This document shows positions 47,675-58,909 of a stretch of DNA of 64,000 nucleotides, piece after piece. The DNA comes from a virus. Every line of letters begins with the position of its first letter. The first letter of the stretch is position 1. The stretch spans positions 5,804 to 69,803 of the IMG/VR virus record IMGVR_UViG_3300009509_001033; one strand, written 5' to 3'. Below the pieces are notes generated by a model that made no database searches, was not told where the DNA came from, and was given only the letters and a program-made list of their open reading frames with translations. The position numbers and the translations under genes are program-made.

Positions 47675-50074
47675 TTATCTTGTTATTCTATAATGTAATG
47701 TAATCCCTACATCAGACGGTTTGTAGACTGGATCACATCTAGTATAAAACCATAGTTTGTCGAATCTATCAAAGATTCCAATTTCAGTAATATCTGTTTC
47801 CACTCCAGGTGCTAAGAAGTCACAGTTAAAGTGGAACATTGATGTTCGTCTTGTTAAAGACCAATTTGGCCAATAAACTGTGTAAACAGGACTTTTTAAA
47901 TCATTATTAAAAGCTGGATTCCAGATTTCTAATCCAGTTCCATTTCCGACTTTAATATATCCTCCAGGCTCAATTTTATCCATAACAGCAGTTTGAGTTA
48001 GAGGTTGTCCAACTGCTTTAACTAATACCCATCCAGTCATTGCTGTTTCAAAATTAACTAAACACTCTGTATCAGATAATAGTGTTATTGATGAAGGTTG
48101 TATCATTTCACGTCCACTATCAAATACCTGTACTTGAATGCCTTTTACATTTAATCCATGATTAACTTGCCATGTAGCAGCAGGAACAATTTGATGATAT
48201 GTAAAGTCAGCAGTATTTGTTATAGCCCATCCATCTCTTGCTTCACTAAATTGTGCTTGAAGAGAATTGTTAGTTATAAGATCTACTGTTAATGGGATCA
48301 TCTTTCTTCTTTCATCTGGATCAGGTTCAGTGAAGATAGAGTCATATTGTGAAAGAACATCCCATTGTCCTTGATTATGAATAACATTCCATGTTGTGCT
48401 TGCTGCTCCCTGTGTAAATACTGCACCTGCTTTGATATATGCAAATGCCTGTCCCGAAACAGGTCTATCCCAAACAATTCTTACATTATTACTATTTTCA
48501 ACTACAATTTCTTCTGGATAGATAAGCTGATAGGTATTATCATATGTTTGAACAATAAGATCTACTGTACCTAAACCATGAAAGAAATTCCATTCATCAC
48601 TATTGTAAATCTGTACCAAAATAGCACCACCAGGAAGGACACCAATAATAGGATCAGTAATAATAGAGTTCATTACTGCTGAATATTCAGCAGAATATAA
48701 TGGTATCCAGGCTCCATCAAAGTTAGTTATAGGTGATAATAGGTAACGATAATGTGAAACTCTTGCTACAGGTCTCACCAATTCAAAGTAGTCTACTAAC
48801 GATTCTATAGTAAACTGATCTATAATATAGTTAGGTCCAAGAGGTTCACATGATAAGTCTAATTCCACTTTATAGTGTGGTGATAGATACATTGCAGCAC
48901 TTGGTGGTGTTGCTGTAGTAGCTGGACCATAAGTATCTGGATATCCACTTACACCAAGAGATGCATAATATTCATCACCTGCTCCATTTGTACAAGTGCC
49001 ACTAACAGGTGGTGTGTAGTCCATACCATAATAAGCAAGATAGTTGAAATCTTGGAAATATGGTAAAACAGGACTTGTAACCGATTGGTCACCTATTGCA
49101 TCACCAGGAGGATTTTTTCCTCTATGCCATCTTTCATAGATATTCAATCTATTGGAAGTATTACCCATCATAATACGGAAAATGGAGAAAATTGATGTAT
49201 ATGTGCCTTTTCTCTTAAGCCAGTTAATAATACTTTCAACAAATTGTCTTTTTCTTAGTTCATCTGGTATTTCTTCAACCAGAGTGACATTAAATAAGTT
49301 GGATATTAGACCAAGATAATCTATATCAACTTCGATAGGATCTAATAATGTTGCAACTTCTTTCAATGCTTGATATGCTTCATGATGAAGTCTATCGAAA
49401 TATAGATTAAATAATTCTTGTATCCTTTCAGTTCTATTTAACATTGGTAAGGCAGCAACAGTCCAGTCTTTTAATCCCCAAAATTCAATATGGAAGAACT
49501 GATCACCTTCTGATGTCGGATTGCCAATAGGAAATATAGGACCAAAATACATAAATGGTCTTTCAGTATTAACATATCGTTTATATAGATCCCTCTGTCC
49601 TCTTAGCCATTCATGAAAAAGGCTATTTTTTCTGAAGAACACAGAAGATCCTGGTTCCCATTCTTGTGTTTCCACATTATGGTTTTTGAAAAACTTGAAA
49701 AAATTACCGTCTATATCAGTGAAAAGAAGTTTGATCTTTTTAAATTGCTGACCTTCACCAGTTGCAGGTGTTAATACCCAAAATTCTGTTCCTGCCCCAC
49801 CTTTAGCTACAATACCATGTCCCTGTCCAGCACCAGGATATTGTCCATGCATCGAACATCCGTCACTCCATCCACCTGTGGTATAGACTACCCATCTTAC
49901 CCATGACCAAAAGTTAGCATCTTTCCATTTCCAATCATCCCAATCTTGCCAAACGGTATCACTCCACCATAGACCAGAGGTATCTAATTCTAGAACAGGT
50001 GGGACTCCTGGTACTTGTTGCCCATCGAAAAAGTTTTTCAATAGAAAGTATGGAGGATCTGTAAATTGTGGCAT
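47675..50074 (-). CDS. baseplate wedge protein (P2 gpI / T4 gp7-like)
   Basis: LDP..V...YL..KRKGT; follows gp6; three W.V.HGL..VQ..D repeats. Confidence 0.65.
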   Translation of the reverse strand: MPQFTDPPYFLLKNFFDGQQVPGVPPVLELDTSGLWWSDTVWQDWDDWKWKDANFWSWVRWVVYTTGGWSDGCSMHGQYPGAGQGHGIVAKGGAGTEFWVLTPATGEGQQFKKIKLLFTDIDGNFFKFFKNHNVETQEWEPGSSVFFRKNSLFHEWLRGQRDLYKRYVNTERPFMYFGPIFPIGNPTSEGDQFFHIEFWGLKDWTVAALPMLNRTERIQELFNLYFDRLHHEAYQALKEVATLLDPIEVDIDYLGLISNLFNVTLVEEIPDELRKRQFVESIINWLKRKGTYTSIFSIFRIMMGNTSNRLNIYERWHRGKNPPGDAIGDQSVTSPVLPYFQDFNYLAYYGMDYTPPVSGTCTNGAGDEYYASLGVSGYPDTYGPATTATPPSAAMYLSPHYKVELDLSCEPLGPNYIIDQFTIESLVDYFELVRPVARVSHYRYLLSPITNFDGAWIPLYSAEYSAVMNSIITDPIIGVLPGGAILVQIYNSDEWNFFHGLGTVDLIVQTYDNTYQLIYPEEIVVENSNNVRIVWDRPVSGQAFAYIKAGAVFTQGAASTTWNVIHNQGQWDVLSQYDSIFTEPDPDERRKMIPLTVDLITNNSLQAQFSEARDGWAITNTADFTYHQIVPAATWQVNHGLNVKGIQVQVFDSGREMIQPSSITLLSDTECLVNFETAMTGWVLVKAVGQPLTQTAVMDKIEPGGYIKVGNGTGLEIWNPAFNNDLKSPVYTVYWPNWSLTRRTSMFHFNCDFLAPGVETDITEIGIFDRFDKLWFYTRCDPVYKPSDVGITLHYRITR

Positions 50075-50076
50075 AA

Positions 50077-51771
50077 TTATACCTCTTGTGAAAATCTAGT
50101 ATTTATTATATCTATAGCAGGAAATTGATCAACACCTAGCTCAATAGTTCTTAATTTGTTATCACCTACATATGGTGTATGTATATATCTTGGAAACATT
50201 GATGGATTGGGTTCATATACAACGGAGTTTTGAACATCAATGTCTCTAAATATAAGATTTTTAACACCAGCAACATTTGGAAATGTATCTGCTTCTGAAA
50301 ACAATGTTCCTTCAGATACAATAGATCTATCAAGTATAAAGTTTTCAAGATCTCTAAAGTTAACCTGCTCATTAAAGCTTCTTAAAGTTGGATCAAAATA
50401 GTATATTAATTTACGTCTTACATCATCTCTGACTGCTGCATAACTATATGTTCTTTGAATACGAATACCTATATCATATCTAAAGTAGATCAGAACTGGT
50501 AGTTCATATTGTTCATATACGGTTAAGATTTTACGTGCTTCAAGATATTCGGTAAGATCTGTTCTGAAAGCATCTGTGAAATTATACGGAACTATATACT
50601 CTGCTCCATTTGCACCTGATGCAGCAGATGTTTCAATAGATGCAGATCCCCATGGGTTTGGATATACGACAATATGAACTTTGTTATATTCTGAGGTATC
50701 ACCCGATGGTGCTACTTCTTGCTCTCCCCAAACATTAGAAGTTATGATATCTGACCTTTGATTTAGATTTGTAATATAGTCAATAGCAGTTACATTTCTA
50801 AACTGTGCATGTAACTGTCCCTGTGCATTATCTTTAATAGAGTCAATTGGTTCTGGGTTTGCAGCACCAATTGTTGCTGCACTGTTTGTGCATGTGATAG
50901 TGGAATTATCAAGATATAAACTAGTATTTGTGTTATAGATAAATTCATCCTGTGGATTAGTAATGGTATAGGGACCAACACCACTATTTTCTCCAAGAGA
51001 CTGCAAACAGGTTATTTCAATGGTTTGATAATCTTCTGGAACCTGTCTAAGTGAAGAAAAGACAACTTTATATCTTTGATACTTATCATATTCAAATTTA
51101 TAGACAGTTCTGGTTTCTTGAAGACCAGAGATCAAATCAAAAAAATCCGAAACTCTAGTCCATAGAACACCATCAACTCTAACTTCAAGAGTATTATACT
51201 CATCTATTAAACTATCATCGTAACCATAATCACCAAGAGGAAGTAAAAGCTCATTGCTTACAATATCGTCACCTGTATAAGAAAGATTAATAACATTACC
51301 CTGTCTTACAAATATATCGAACTTATACGGCACCTCTGTAGCTGTAAGTGTATAGCTTTCTGTTGTAGCATATTGAATTGCTTCACCTGTATCTGGATCA
51401 TCTTGAGTAGATTCTATTTGTTTCCAGGCATCAATGTTTAATATATCCCCAACACCGACACCTGCTGATACAGTAATAGAGCAAGTTCCCCTTGCCCCTC
51501 TATGTCCTTTCGGATCATATCCAATAAGAGTAGCTAGTCTATGGACGTTTTCATAAATATCTGCTGTTTCCATATACATATTTTTTGCTACTTTATTTGT
51601 GTAGAAGGTCTGTAGTTCTCCTATATATGCCATTAATTCTGCTATAAGAGTTACGTTTGCCCCTTCATAATCTGTATCCCTGAAGATATCACTATCTTTT
51701 ATCTGCTCTTTTAGCCTAGATACCAGTGTATTGAAATCAATTTGTAAATATTCCGGTACTAATGTAGGCAT
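50077..51771 (-). CDS. gp6: baseplate wedge subunit
   Basis: IDF..L, D.DYEGAN, LATLIGYDP, AQFRNVTAIDY, VWGE. Confidence 0.9.
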   Translation of the reverse strand: MPTLVPEYLQIDFNTLVSRLKEQIKDSDIFRDTDYEGANVTLIAELMAYIGELQTFYTNKVAKNMYMETADIYENVHRLATLIGYDPKGHRGARGTCSITVSAGVGVGDILNIDAWKQIESTQDDPDTGEAIQYATTESYTLTATEVPYKFDIFVRQGNVINLSYTGDDIVSNELLLPLGDYGYDDSLIDEYNTLEVRVDGVLWTRVSDFFDLISGLQETRTVYKFEYDKYQRYKVVFSSLRQVPEDYQTIEITCLQSLGENSGVGPYTITNPQDEFIYNTNTSLYLDNSTITCTNSAATIGAANPEPIDSIKDNAQGQLHAQFRNVTAIDYITNLNQRSDIITSNVWGEQEVAPSGDTSEYNKVHIVVYPNPWGSASIETSAASGANGAEYIVPYNFTDAFRTDLTEYLEARKILTVYEQYELPVLIYFRYDIGIRIQRTYSYAAVRDDVRRKLIYYFDPTLRSFNEQVNFRDLENFILDRSIVSEGTLFSEADTFPNVAGVKNLIFRDIDVQNSVVYEPNPSMFPRYIHTPYVGDNKLRTIELGVDQFPAIDIINTRFSQEV

Positions 51772-51772
51772 T

Positions 51773-52162
51773 TTATCCTCCTGGGCTTAATATAAAGTCA
51801 ACGGTTACTTCTTGTCTTGTTGTTTGAATCCTAAAAGTTAATTTTACTTCATATTGATTATTATCATAATTTGCATGAACATGGATTCTTTGTACAATAA
51901 CTCTGTCCTCCCATGTCTCAATTGCTCTTAAAAAGTCATTACCAATTCTAAAAGCTGTATCTTCATCCATGGGTTCAAAGAGATATCCCCAAATATCAGT
52001 TGCAAATTCTGGTAGCATTCTTCTTGTTCTTGGTTGAGTATTAAAAATATTTGTAAGAGAATTTATAACAGCATCATATTCGATATCCCTAGTGAAATCA
52101 CCATCTGTTTGTGGCTCTAGTTTGATATCAATGTCTGAATAAAAAGCTTTTCCTACTGCCAT
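51773..52162 (-). CDS. gp25: baseplate wedge subunit / sheath initiator
   Basis: YSDID, AVINSL.NI..T..R.MLPEF, LFEP.D, WEDRV. Confidence 0.9.
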   Translation of the reverse strand: MAVGKAFYSDIDIKLEPQTDGDFTRDIEYDAVINSLTNIFNTQPRTRRMLPEFATDIWGYLFEPMDEDTAFRIGNDFLRAIETWEDRVIVQRIHVHANYDNNQYEVKLTFRIQTTRQEVTVDFILSPGG

Positions 52163-52173
52163 TTAACCCTCCA

Positions 52174-52926
52174 TTATGTTGGTGTAGCAAAGTCTGTATA
52201 GGTATCTTCCATACCTTGTGTCTTCAATAAGTTTTTATAAATAATACTTCTTCCCTGTGTTAATGCTGCTTTAAGATCTATAATTCCATATGTTCCACCA
52301 GTGCCTAATGGTGCATGTATATGATCAAGTGTAAAATCATAATCATCTATCTTGCCTTGAATAACAGTATCACCATCCCATCCTACACCTAGGTACTCGT
52401 AAACTAGCTTCCAGACTCCATTTACAGTTGCTAAAACAATAGCTGTATCTACTTCAATATAGGTGCTATTAGCTGGATAAAACGGAGCACCTGTTACCAT
52501 TACTGTGAGTGTGGTTGCAGGAGCACTATATACACCACCATTAGTAACAATTATTTTTCTACCAACAGGGATTTGACCTGTTAAATTTACACTCTGCACT
52601 ACAAATTCGGTTGTACTAACTTGTGTGAATACAGCAGTGTTGTTTACCAAGTCATATACACCAAAATCAGTAACATTGCCACTTGCATCATAGCTTCCAT
52701 AATTACCAAATGTATAAACATAAGGATTGGTTGCTTTTGCTGGAAGAAGAGTGTTCTTCATTTGATCTATGGCAATTATACTTAGAACACCATCTTCTAA
52801 TGCAGACTTTTGTTCTCCAAGATCATCAATTTGGAGTGTGATAGATTGATAAGATTTATTAAGACTATCAATCTTATCTGGATATCCATCAACCATTTCA
52901 CGAATTTTGTCACTAGCTACACTCAT
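52174..52926 (-). CDS. hypothetical baseplate-region protein
   Basis: Own late promoter and AAGGAG RBS. Confidence 0.6.
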   Translation of the reverse strand: MSVASDKIREMVDGYPDKIDSLNKSYQSITLQIDDLGEQKSALEDGVLSIIAIDQMKNTLLPAKATNPYVYTFGNYGSYDASGNVTDFGVYDLVNNTAVFTQVSTTEFVVQSVNLTGQIPVGRKIIVTNGGVYSAPATTLTVMVTGAPFYPANSTYIEVDTAIVLATVNGVWKLVYEYLGVGWDGDTVIQGKIDDYDFTLDHIHAPLGTGGTYGIIDLKAALTQGRSIIYKNLLKTQGMEDTYTDFATPT

Positions 52927-52938
52927 TCTATCTCCTTA

Positions 52939-52946
52939 TATTTATA
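52939..52946 (-). promoter_or_regulatory. T4-type late promoter TATAAATA
   Basis: Exact consensus, intergenic; gp55 present in window. Confidence 0.7.
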
Positions 52947-52951
52947 TTATT

Positions 52952-53257
52952 TTATCCTGCTGTTACTGTTCCTGCTGCTGTAACTACTGTACCTTTGAAA
53001 CAACCTGAAAATTGGGAACCCAACTGTGCCACAGGAGCACCTTCTGCAAAGACTGTTCCTGCTCCTGTGATAATTAAACCCCAATGACCATCCCCTCTAA
53101 CTACAAAGGAAATACCTACTTGTCCTACAGGTGAACCCTCTGCTTTAACTGTTCCTGCTCCATTGACTATAACTCCAGAGACATTGTGTTTAGTGCTATC
53201 ATGACAAGTATCATCACCAACACCAATATCTCCTATCCTTGCTACCGGAACACCCAT
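52952..53257 (-). CDS. PAAR-repeat spike tip (gp5.4-like)
   Basis: PVARIGD, PVGQVG, PVAQLG; directly after gp5. Confidence 0.85.
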   Translation of the reverse strand: MGVPVARIGDIGVGDDTCHDSTKHNVSGVIVNGAGTVKAEGSPVGQVGISFVVRGDGHWGLIITGAGTVFAEGAPVAQLGSQFSGCFKGTVVTAAGTVTAG

Positions 53258-54390
53258 TAGTTCAAATTAATTGCTGAAGCACTTACATTTACAACACCAC
53301 TGGCAGTGATATCAGCATTTCCTCCTATAGTTACTCTTGCATTACCACCTATTGATATATTTGCATCGGCACCGATAGTTATCTCTAGTTTTCCTCCAAT
53401 GTCTTTTACTTCATCACCTGTTACTTGTATATTTTTGTCTGCACCAACTGACTGATTATATTCATTGCCAATATCTACATTTAAGTCTTTGGCAATGGTT
53501 TTATTCTCATGTCTATCAATCTTAGTTATCTTGTCTTTCTTTATATATGTAGTTTGGTTTAAATCAATTGTTTTATCTTCATTGGCTAAAATATAGATCT
53601 TTTTATTTCGTGTTACTATTTCAAAACTGTCTCTTTGGTTTCTAATTACAATATCTCCTTCTTCACTCACTTCAACAAATGTGTGGGAAGGATGATATAC
53701 ATGAACTCTTCTTTTACCTTGTTCTGGTTCTTGTTCACTTGCTGGAGGAATTACAGTATTATCTATTTCGATTACAATTCCACCATGTGTTGCCAGAACA
53801 ATATTTTCAGGATACCTAGCATCATAGTATGGAAGAGGTTCGTTCCATTGATTACCGTCTGCTGTTTGAATTTCAGTAATTCTTCTATCTTTCTTTTCAT
53901 TAACAATTGTCTGTTGAATTATTCCTCTTGCCAATTTATGAACGTCAGGTTCATTAAGTGCATTGGGCTTAAGTGGAGGTTCTGCTGCTGCAATTGGATA
54001 GACACCATCAGGATCTTGAAATCCAAGATCTGGATCTGTGCCTGGACCCTCTATTGGTATTCCTGGTACAGTGGCAAAATATCTTGGTTGCATTATATGA
54101 CCATTTTCAAAGAACACAAAAACATGAGACCCCTGTAAAGGCACAGACCACATACCAAAACCAGACATAGATCCCTCTATAAGACCCATTGCTGGTTCTG
54201 CCCATGGAAGCTCTTCTGTTGGTATTCCTTCACGAAGATCTTTAGTTCTGAGATTACTGTGAAGACCCCAAACTCTTACTCTTACTCTTCCTGCCTGTTC
54301 TGGATCATTTCTGTCTTCCACAATACCACGATATATGCCATACATACGTTCTGAAGGTGGAATAAAATCTTCTGGCTTGTTTTTTATCAT
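53257..54390 (-). CDS. gp5: central spike, OB-fold plus beta-helix, no lysozyme domain
   Basis: GIVEDRNDP..GRVRVRV.G.H, LPWAEP, HPSHTF.E, VG/IG repeats. Confidence 0.92.
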   Translation of the reverse strand: MIKNKPEDFIPPSERMYGIYRGIVEDRNDPEQAGRVRVRVWGLHSNLRTKDLREGIPTEELPWAEPAMGLIEGSMSGFGMWSVPLQGSHVFVFFENGHIMQPRYFATVPGIPIEGPGTDPDLGFQDPDGVYPIAAAEPPLKPNALNEPDVHKLARGIIQQTIVNEKKDRRITEIQTADGNQWNEPLPYYDARYPENIVLATHGGIVIEIDNTVIPPASEQEPEQGKRRVHVYHPSHTFVEVSEEGDIVIRNQRDSFEIVTRNKKIYILANEDKTIDLNQTTYIKKDKITKIDRHENKTIAKDLNVDIGNEYNQSVGADKNIQVTGDEVKDIGGKLEITIGADANISIGGNARVTIGGNADITASGVVNVSASAINLN

Positions 54391-55667
54391 GTTAAACTTC
54401 CTATAATGGTACTAACAGTAGATCCATAGAGATTCTTCCTAGTTGCCCTGACCAAATCTCTGTTCCTTGAGTCAGTATATCCGTTTTTCAAAAGTACTAA
54501 CTTCTGAATCCATGGTGGTTTTGTAGTTGAACTCCACTGGTTAGTTACAGATTTGACTAGATATAGACCTTTCATTTGTTTATTGAATAACTGATCTTGT
54601 CTTTCTGTACTTGGCCACTCAATTTCTACCATATCTCCAGCATATCTAGTTTCATATCCCTGAACAATTATTTTTACAGCTTGTTGTAGTGAATATCTTT
54701 TCTGCCAATCACTAACAAACATAGCATCTAAAATATTTGGATCTGGTTCACCCTCTAAAACATAATCTGCCCTTGGTATTCCTATATCTGAATATAGGGA
54801 TCTATTACCCAATACAGTTGTCTTTTTTACTAGGTCTGAGTACTCATACTGTTGAGTCACAAAAGCCTTTTTGGAAAAATCATATCCATATTTATGACCA
54901 CCTCTTAGAAAAGACATTTGATAATTATCAACACCCTGTAAAGTCATACTTAAAATTTTATTCAAATAGTAAGATTCTCCTGGCCTATCGAATGCATATG
55001 GAACTGATGTCTTTTTTCCAGATTGTGGAGAACCCTGTAATAAACTATCAAGAGTTACAAAATTAGTTCCTTTAATATTATTGTAGAAGAGATATCCTGG
55101 TTGTTTGGTTATTTTTGCCCTTCCCCTTCTACATAACCAAGTAAGTGCTTGCTTTGGATACCAATAGGGCATAACAAAATCAAGTTTTTCACCTGATTCC
55201 TCAAATTTAGCAAAAGACTTCACACCAAGCATATTATTTGCAATGTGCTTTACAATATTAGAAATACTTTCTTGTTGCCATGATCTGCTGAACTTTTGTT
55301 GTGTTAATAGCTGATACATATCATCAACAAAAGTAACTTCTATAACAGCTTGCCCTTGGCTTTGACTTGGGTTTTGACTGGCAATCTCTTTTACTTCATA
55401 AACATCAAAAGTTAAATCAATGTCTTTATCAACACCATATGTTATAGTTATTTTTTCATTGTCACCTGTTAGTGGTGCAAATTCATAGAAACCATACATA
55501 TCTCTGAATCGAAGTACACCAACTATACAATGAGAAAAAATGTCTTCAATGAAATAGAAAAGTTCCAGATCTTTCATATCTATCTGGAAACCCCTATCAA
55601 AGCAATTATAAGCAATACTCAGATTTTGATATGTTTCGACTATATTTCCAGAATCAACAATACCCAT
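54387..55667 (-). CDS. gp27: baseplate hub protein (gp27-like)
   Basis: Between gp53 and gp5; FIEDIF, GYLFY, AGDMVEI, GLYLVKSV. Confidence 0.7.
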   Translation of the reverse strand: MGIVDSGNIVETYQNLSIAYNCFDRGFQIDMKDLELFYFIEDIFSHCIVGVLRFRDMYGFYEFAPLTGDNEKITITYGVDKDIDLTFDVYEVKEIASQNPSQSQGQAVIEVTFVDDMYQLLTQQKFSRSWQQESISNIVKHIANNMLGVKSFAKFEESGEKLDFVMPYWYPKQALTWLCRRGRAKITKQPGYLFYNNIKGTNFVTLDSLLQGSPQSGKKTSVPYAFDRPGESYYLNKILSMTLQGVDNYQMSFLRGGHKYGYDFSKKAFVTQQYEYSDLVKKTTVLGNRSLYSDIGIPRADYVLEGEPDPNILDAMFVSDWQKRYSLQQAVKIIVQGYETRYAGDMVEIEWPSTERQDQLFNKQMKGLYLVKSVTNQWSSTTKPPWIQKLVLLKNGYTDSRNRDLVRATRKNLYGSTVSTIIGSLT

Positions 55668-56063
55668 TTATCCCTCTCTTCCAAGTTCAGATATAATTTC
55701 TATTTCTTTTATAACTTGGTAAATATAATTGTCTCTTAGTATGTTAGTTTCCTTTCCAGGGTACACTTCTTCAAAGGGGTTTTGAACATTATTCATGACA
55801 CACAAAATCCACCAAAGGCCAGGAGTTTCATAAGCAGCATAGGATATGTTATCCCACCAATCATCATCATTCATATTGTATGCCTGGAAAAATAAAGTCT
55901 CTTCTGCAATTAATGGATTTAATGAATATGATCTCCAAATGTTTTGAAATTTAACACCTTCTTCATCTTGTAGAATATTAAATAGTTTAAGTTGGGATGC
56001 ATTACTTAAATCCTTTCCAGTTAAATCGGTGAAATTTTCTGTCAATCTAACTGTATTAGCCAT
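55668..56063 (-). CDS. gp53: baseplate wedge protein (LysM-like)
   Basis: DNISY..Y..P.LWWIL..MNN..NPF. Confidence 0.85.
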   Translation of the reverse strand: MANTVRLTENFTDLTGKDLSNASQLKLFNILQDEEGVKFQNIWRSYSLNPLIAEETLFFQAYNMNDDDWWDNISYAAYETPGLWWILCVMNNVQNPFEEVYPGKETNILRDNYIYQVIKEIEIISELGREG

Positions 56064-56066
56064 TAA

Positions 56067-57158
56067 TTAACCTCCTGTTCCTGCTGTTTTTGTTGCAGCA
56101 CTAATCTTATCAACATATTTTCTAGTTGATATACCAGCAACAGATAGATCTTGTTGCTCACCAAAAGTAGCCCTTACTCCTGGAGTTATTGATACTGTAA
56201 CAGAACCTTGACCACCTTCTCTATCATAGTTTTTTCTATAGAGAGGATCTATTTCTGTGAAAGTTAAATTCAATTCACAGTAAGCAGGATGTCCATCTCT
56301 ATATGGTTGTCTATAGATAGGTTGAATAGCTGTAAGTGCTGCATTATCTATTTTTATAAATTTACTATCCGGTACTGTTTGTACTGTAAAAACAAAAGGA
56401 GGATCGTAAGCAATTTGAGTTCCTTCCTTATAAGATGCAGCAGCATATTTCTGCAATAACTTAACCGGATAAACAACATCCTTATATGCATTGCCCTCAT
56501 CAATTAATTGGAAAGCAAAGGTATACATTCTTCTAGTAGAATCTTGAAAAACCAATGGAGTATCAAGCTTTACTCTGGGTACAGGTGATTGAACAATGCT
56601 TGATATAATATTATTCAAACTTTGTTTCATTTCACTAGTATCTGTAAGCTTTTCTGTTTGTAGTCGAAGAAGGTATTTTCCCCATTTTTCCAGTTCTCTT
56701 CCAATAGGTCTTCCAACTGCAAGAGTTTCGTCTATGAGTTTTGTAAGATCAACACCCTTTTGTAAAAGTCTTGTTGCAATACTTTCATATGCTTCCCATT
56801 GATGTACAATGTTTTCTTGTATTTCAACAGGTGCCAGAAATTTAAAAGAAGGGAAAGATCCCTTAGAATTGGTAAGGTCATTATATTCCTGTGCCTGTGC
56901 TATATTGAGGTCTTGTACGTTGTCACTTGTTTTAATTGCATTCTTACCTCTAGCACCTCTGGTTTGTGATACTAAACGTCTGGGTTTAATTTCTATCCAA
57001 ACAGCATCTTTCATACCAGCATGGGGTATTCTTGTACCTTTAGGACGTTGAATTATTTTTTCATCAGGAAGAAGAATACCTGCTAAAGCAGCAAGATTCT
57101 TTCCTGTGCCAACTACCTGTTCGGCTAAATTTAAAGCTTTATCAAAATCGAAACCCAT
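56067..57158 (-). CDS. gp48: tail tube initiator / cap (gp48-like)
   Basis: RRMYTFAFQL, PP.F, DGHP..ELNLTFTEI. Confidence 0.65.
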   Translation of the reverse strand: MGFDFDKALNLAEQVVGTGKNLAALAGILLPDEKIIQRPKGTRIPHAGMKDAVWIEIKPRRLVSQTRGARGKNAIKTSDNVQDLNIAQAQEYNDLTNSKGSFPSFKFLAPVEIQENIVHQWEAYESIATRLLQKGVDLTKLIDETLAVGRPIGRELEKWGKYLLRLQTEKLTDTSEMKQSLNNIISSIVQSPVPRVKLDTPLVFQDSTRRMYTFAFQLIDEGNAYKDVVYPVKLLQKYAAASYKEGTQIAYDPPFVFTVQTVPDSKFIKIDNAALTAIQPIYRQPYRDGHPAYCELNLTFTEIDPLYRKNYDREGGQGSVTVSITPGVRATFGEQQDLSVAGISTRKYVDKISAATKTAGTGG

Positions 57159-57172
57159 CTAAGTGACCTCCA

Positions 57173-58894
57173 TTATTGTTTGTTATATAGCAATACCCCA
57201 GGATTGGCTAATTCTTCTTTTGGTTCTGTTGCTATCCTTGCAGCAGCAGCAGGTGCAGTTATAGGGTTCATCATCATTGCAGCATTTGCAACTGATTGGC
57301 CTACTCTCTCTGGGGATACTGGCTTACCTTCCATAACATCTGCCAAGAGATTAATAGTATCTGTAAGTTTACCAATATTTTTATTAATCAAATTTCCTAC
57401 ATCTAGATTTTCTTTTAACCATTTACCAATACCTGATTGTTCCCACTTTTCTTTTCTTGCTGCTAATTCTTCTGGAGATAATTTTGATTCTCTAGGAGCA
57501 TATACTTCTCCAGGAAAGGCTTGTTGTATCTGTATTTCCCTTTGTGCTGGTGTCAATTTTTCAAATTCTTCCTGTGCTTTCCTTCTTGCTTCTTCACCGA
57601 AATGCCTTTCCCACCAATCAGTTAATTTATCTCTCCAGTCTTTCATCATTTCAATAAAAGCTTTTCTAGCTCTTTCTGTTGCTTCATTAAGTTCACTAAA
57701 AGTTTTCTCTGTCTCTGGATCTTCTATGTAATTTTTAATAGGAGTAATAAACCATTCATTAAATTTATCACCTATCCAGTGAATGCTTTTAGCTATTGTC
57801 TCTATGGAAAAATACTGAGAAAGGTTTGTTTCAATACCAAGAACTTTCTTCATTACCCAATCGAAAGCTTTTGCTGGTAATTGAAAAATACCAGAAGCTA
57901 TACCTGCAATTGCAGATTCAATAGCTTCTCGTAAACCTGCATGTTTTCCGAATATTTTTTTATACTTTGAAAGACCCCTCAAGGCATCAAAAAATAGGAA
58001 TAATGGAAATAGGATCTTACCACCAACAAATTTTCCTAGTCTAAACATTTTTCCAATCCAAGGATTTTTGGCCAGATACTCAAAGACTCTTCCTAGGATG
58101 GGAATTTTCTTTATCCATCCTAACCATCGTGGCATACCTTTTGTTGCCTTTTCTAATGGCTTTGCCACTTTAGGAATAAAACCTAATGCTCTCCCTAGTG
58201 CTGCTACTCCCCTTAATGGTAAGAGCAACACTTTTGTAAACATAGCAACAAAACCTGCAATTACTCCAGCAAGAATTGCAAAGGGACCAAAAACAACTGC
58301 CATTATAAGATCAAAGACCCTTCCCCAAAAGGTTCTGTCTTTTTTCTTTGTTTCTCTCATTTCCTCTAGTCGTTTTTTCTTTGCTTCTTCTAGTCTTTCT
58401 TTCTCAGTTTTTGTAGATATACCTAACTGCTCTGCCAATAACTTAAATCCAGACTTTGTTTCTTCAACAATTTCCTGGTCAATATCATACATTTTTGCCC
58501 ATGCATCCATTTGTTGTTCAAACATATCCCATGATGCTTCTTGTCCTTGTATAAACAATTCGTTTGATCTTTGTGACTCTTCTATAATCTCTGCTCCTTG
58601 TTGTAGTGAGGTTCCTCTATACATTCTCTCTTCAACTTTTTCATCCATTCCAAAGAACTCACCAAGATCATCCATAGCACCTTTTACAAAGCCCCATGTA
58701 TTTGCAAAAGTATTTTTAATAACATCTACACCTTCTTGTACTGGACCTAGAACTTCACGTACATGACCACCAATGGTGGTTGCAACCATTTCAGCCTGTT
58801 GTTTCAATGCTTGTGTAGCTCTAAGTTCTGCAAAGCCTTTAACTACGTTCTTAAAGAACATTTCAAGTCTTTGGTCTTCACCACTTTCTGGCAT
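57173..58894 (-). CDS. putative tape measure protein (gp29-like)
   Basis: Long helical protein with hydrophobic G/A-rich segments between gp51 and gp48. Confidence 0.65.
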   Translation of the reverse strand: MPESGEDQRLEMFFKNVVKGFAELRATQALKQQAEMVATTIGGHVREVLGPVQEGVDVIKNTFANTWGFVKGAMDDLGEFFGMDEKVEERMYRGTSLQQGAEIIEESQRSNELFIQGQEASWDMFEQQMDAWAKMYDIDQEIVEETKSGFKLLAEQLGISTKTEKERLEEAKKKRLEEMRETKKKDRTFWGRVFDLIMAVVFGPFAILAGVIAGFVAMFTKVLLLPLRGVAALGRALGFIPKVAKPLEKATKGMPRWLGWIKKIPILGRVFEYLAKNPWIGKMFRLGKFVGGKILFPLFLFFDALRGLSKYKKIFGKHAGLREAIESAIAGIASGIFQLPAKAFDWVMKKVLGIETNLSQYFSIETIAKSIHWIGDKFNEWFITPIKNYIEDPETEKTFSELNEATERARKAFIEMMKDWRDKLTDWWERHFGEEARRKAQEEFEKLTPAQREIQIQQAFPGEVYAPRESKLSPEELAARKEKWEQSGIGKWLKENLDVGNLINKNIGKLTDTINLLADVMEGKPVSPERVGQSVANAAMMMNPITAPAAAARIATEPKEELANPGVLLYNKQ

Positions 58895-58909
58895 TTAATT
58901 CCTCCTAAT

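Noticed and set aside
57180-58766. Long + strand ORFs (183 and 232 aa)
   Set aside because: Antisense shadows of the tape-measure gene with no motifs; the same applies to other short antisense ORFs in the track.
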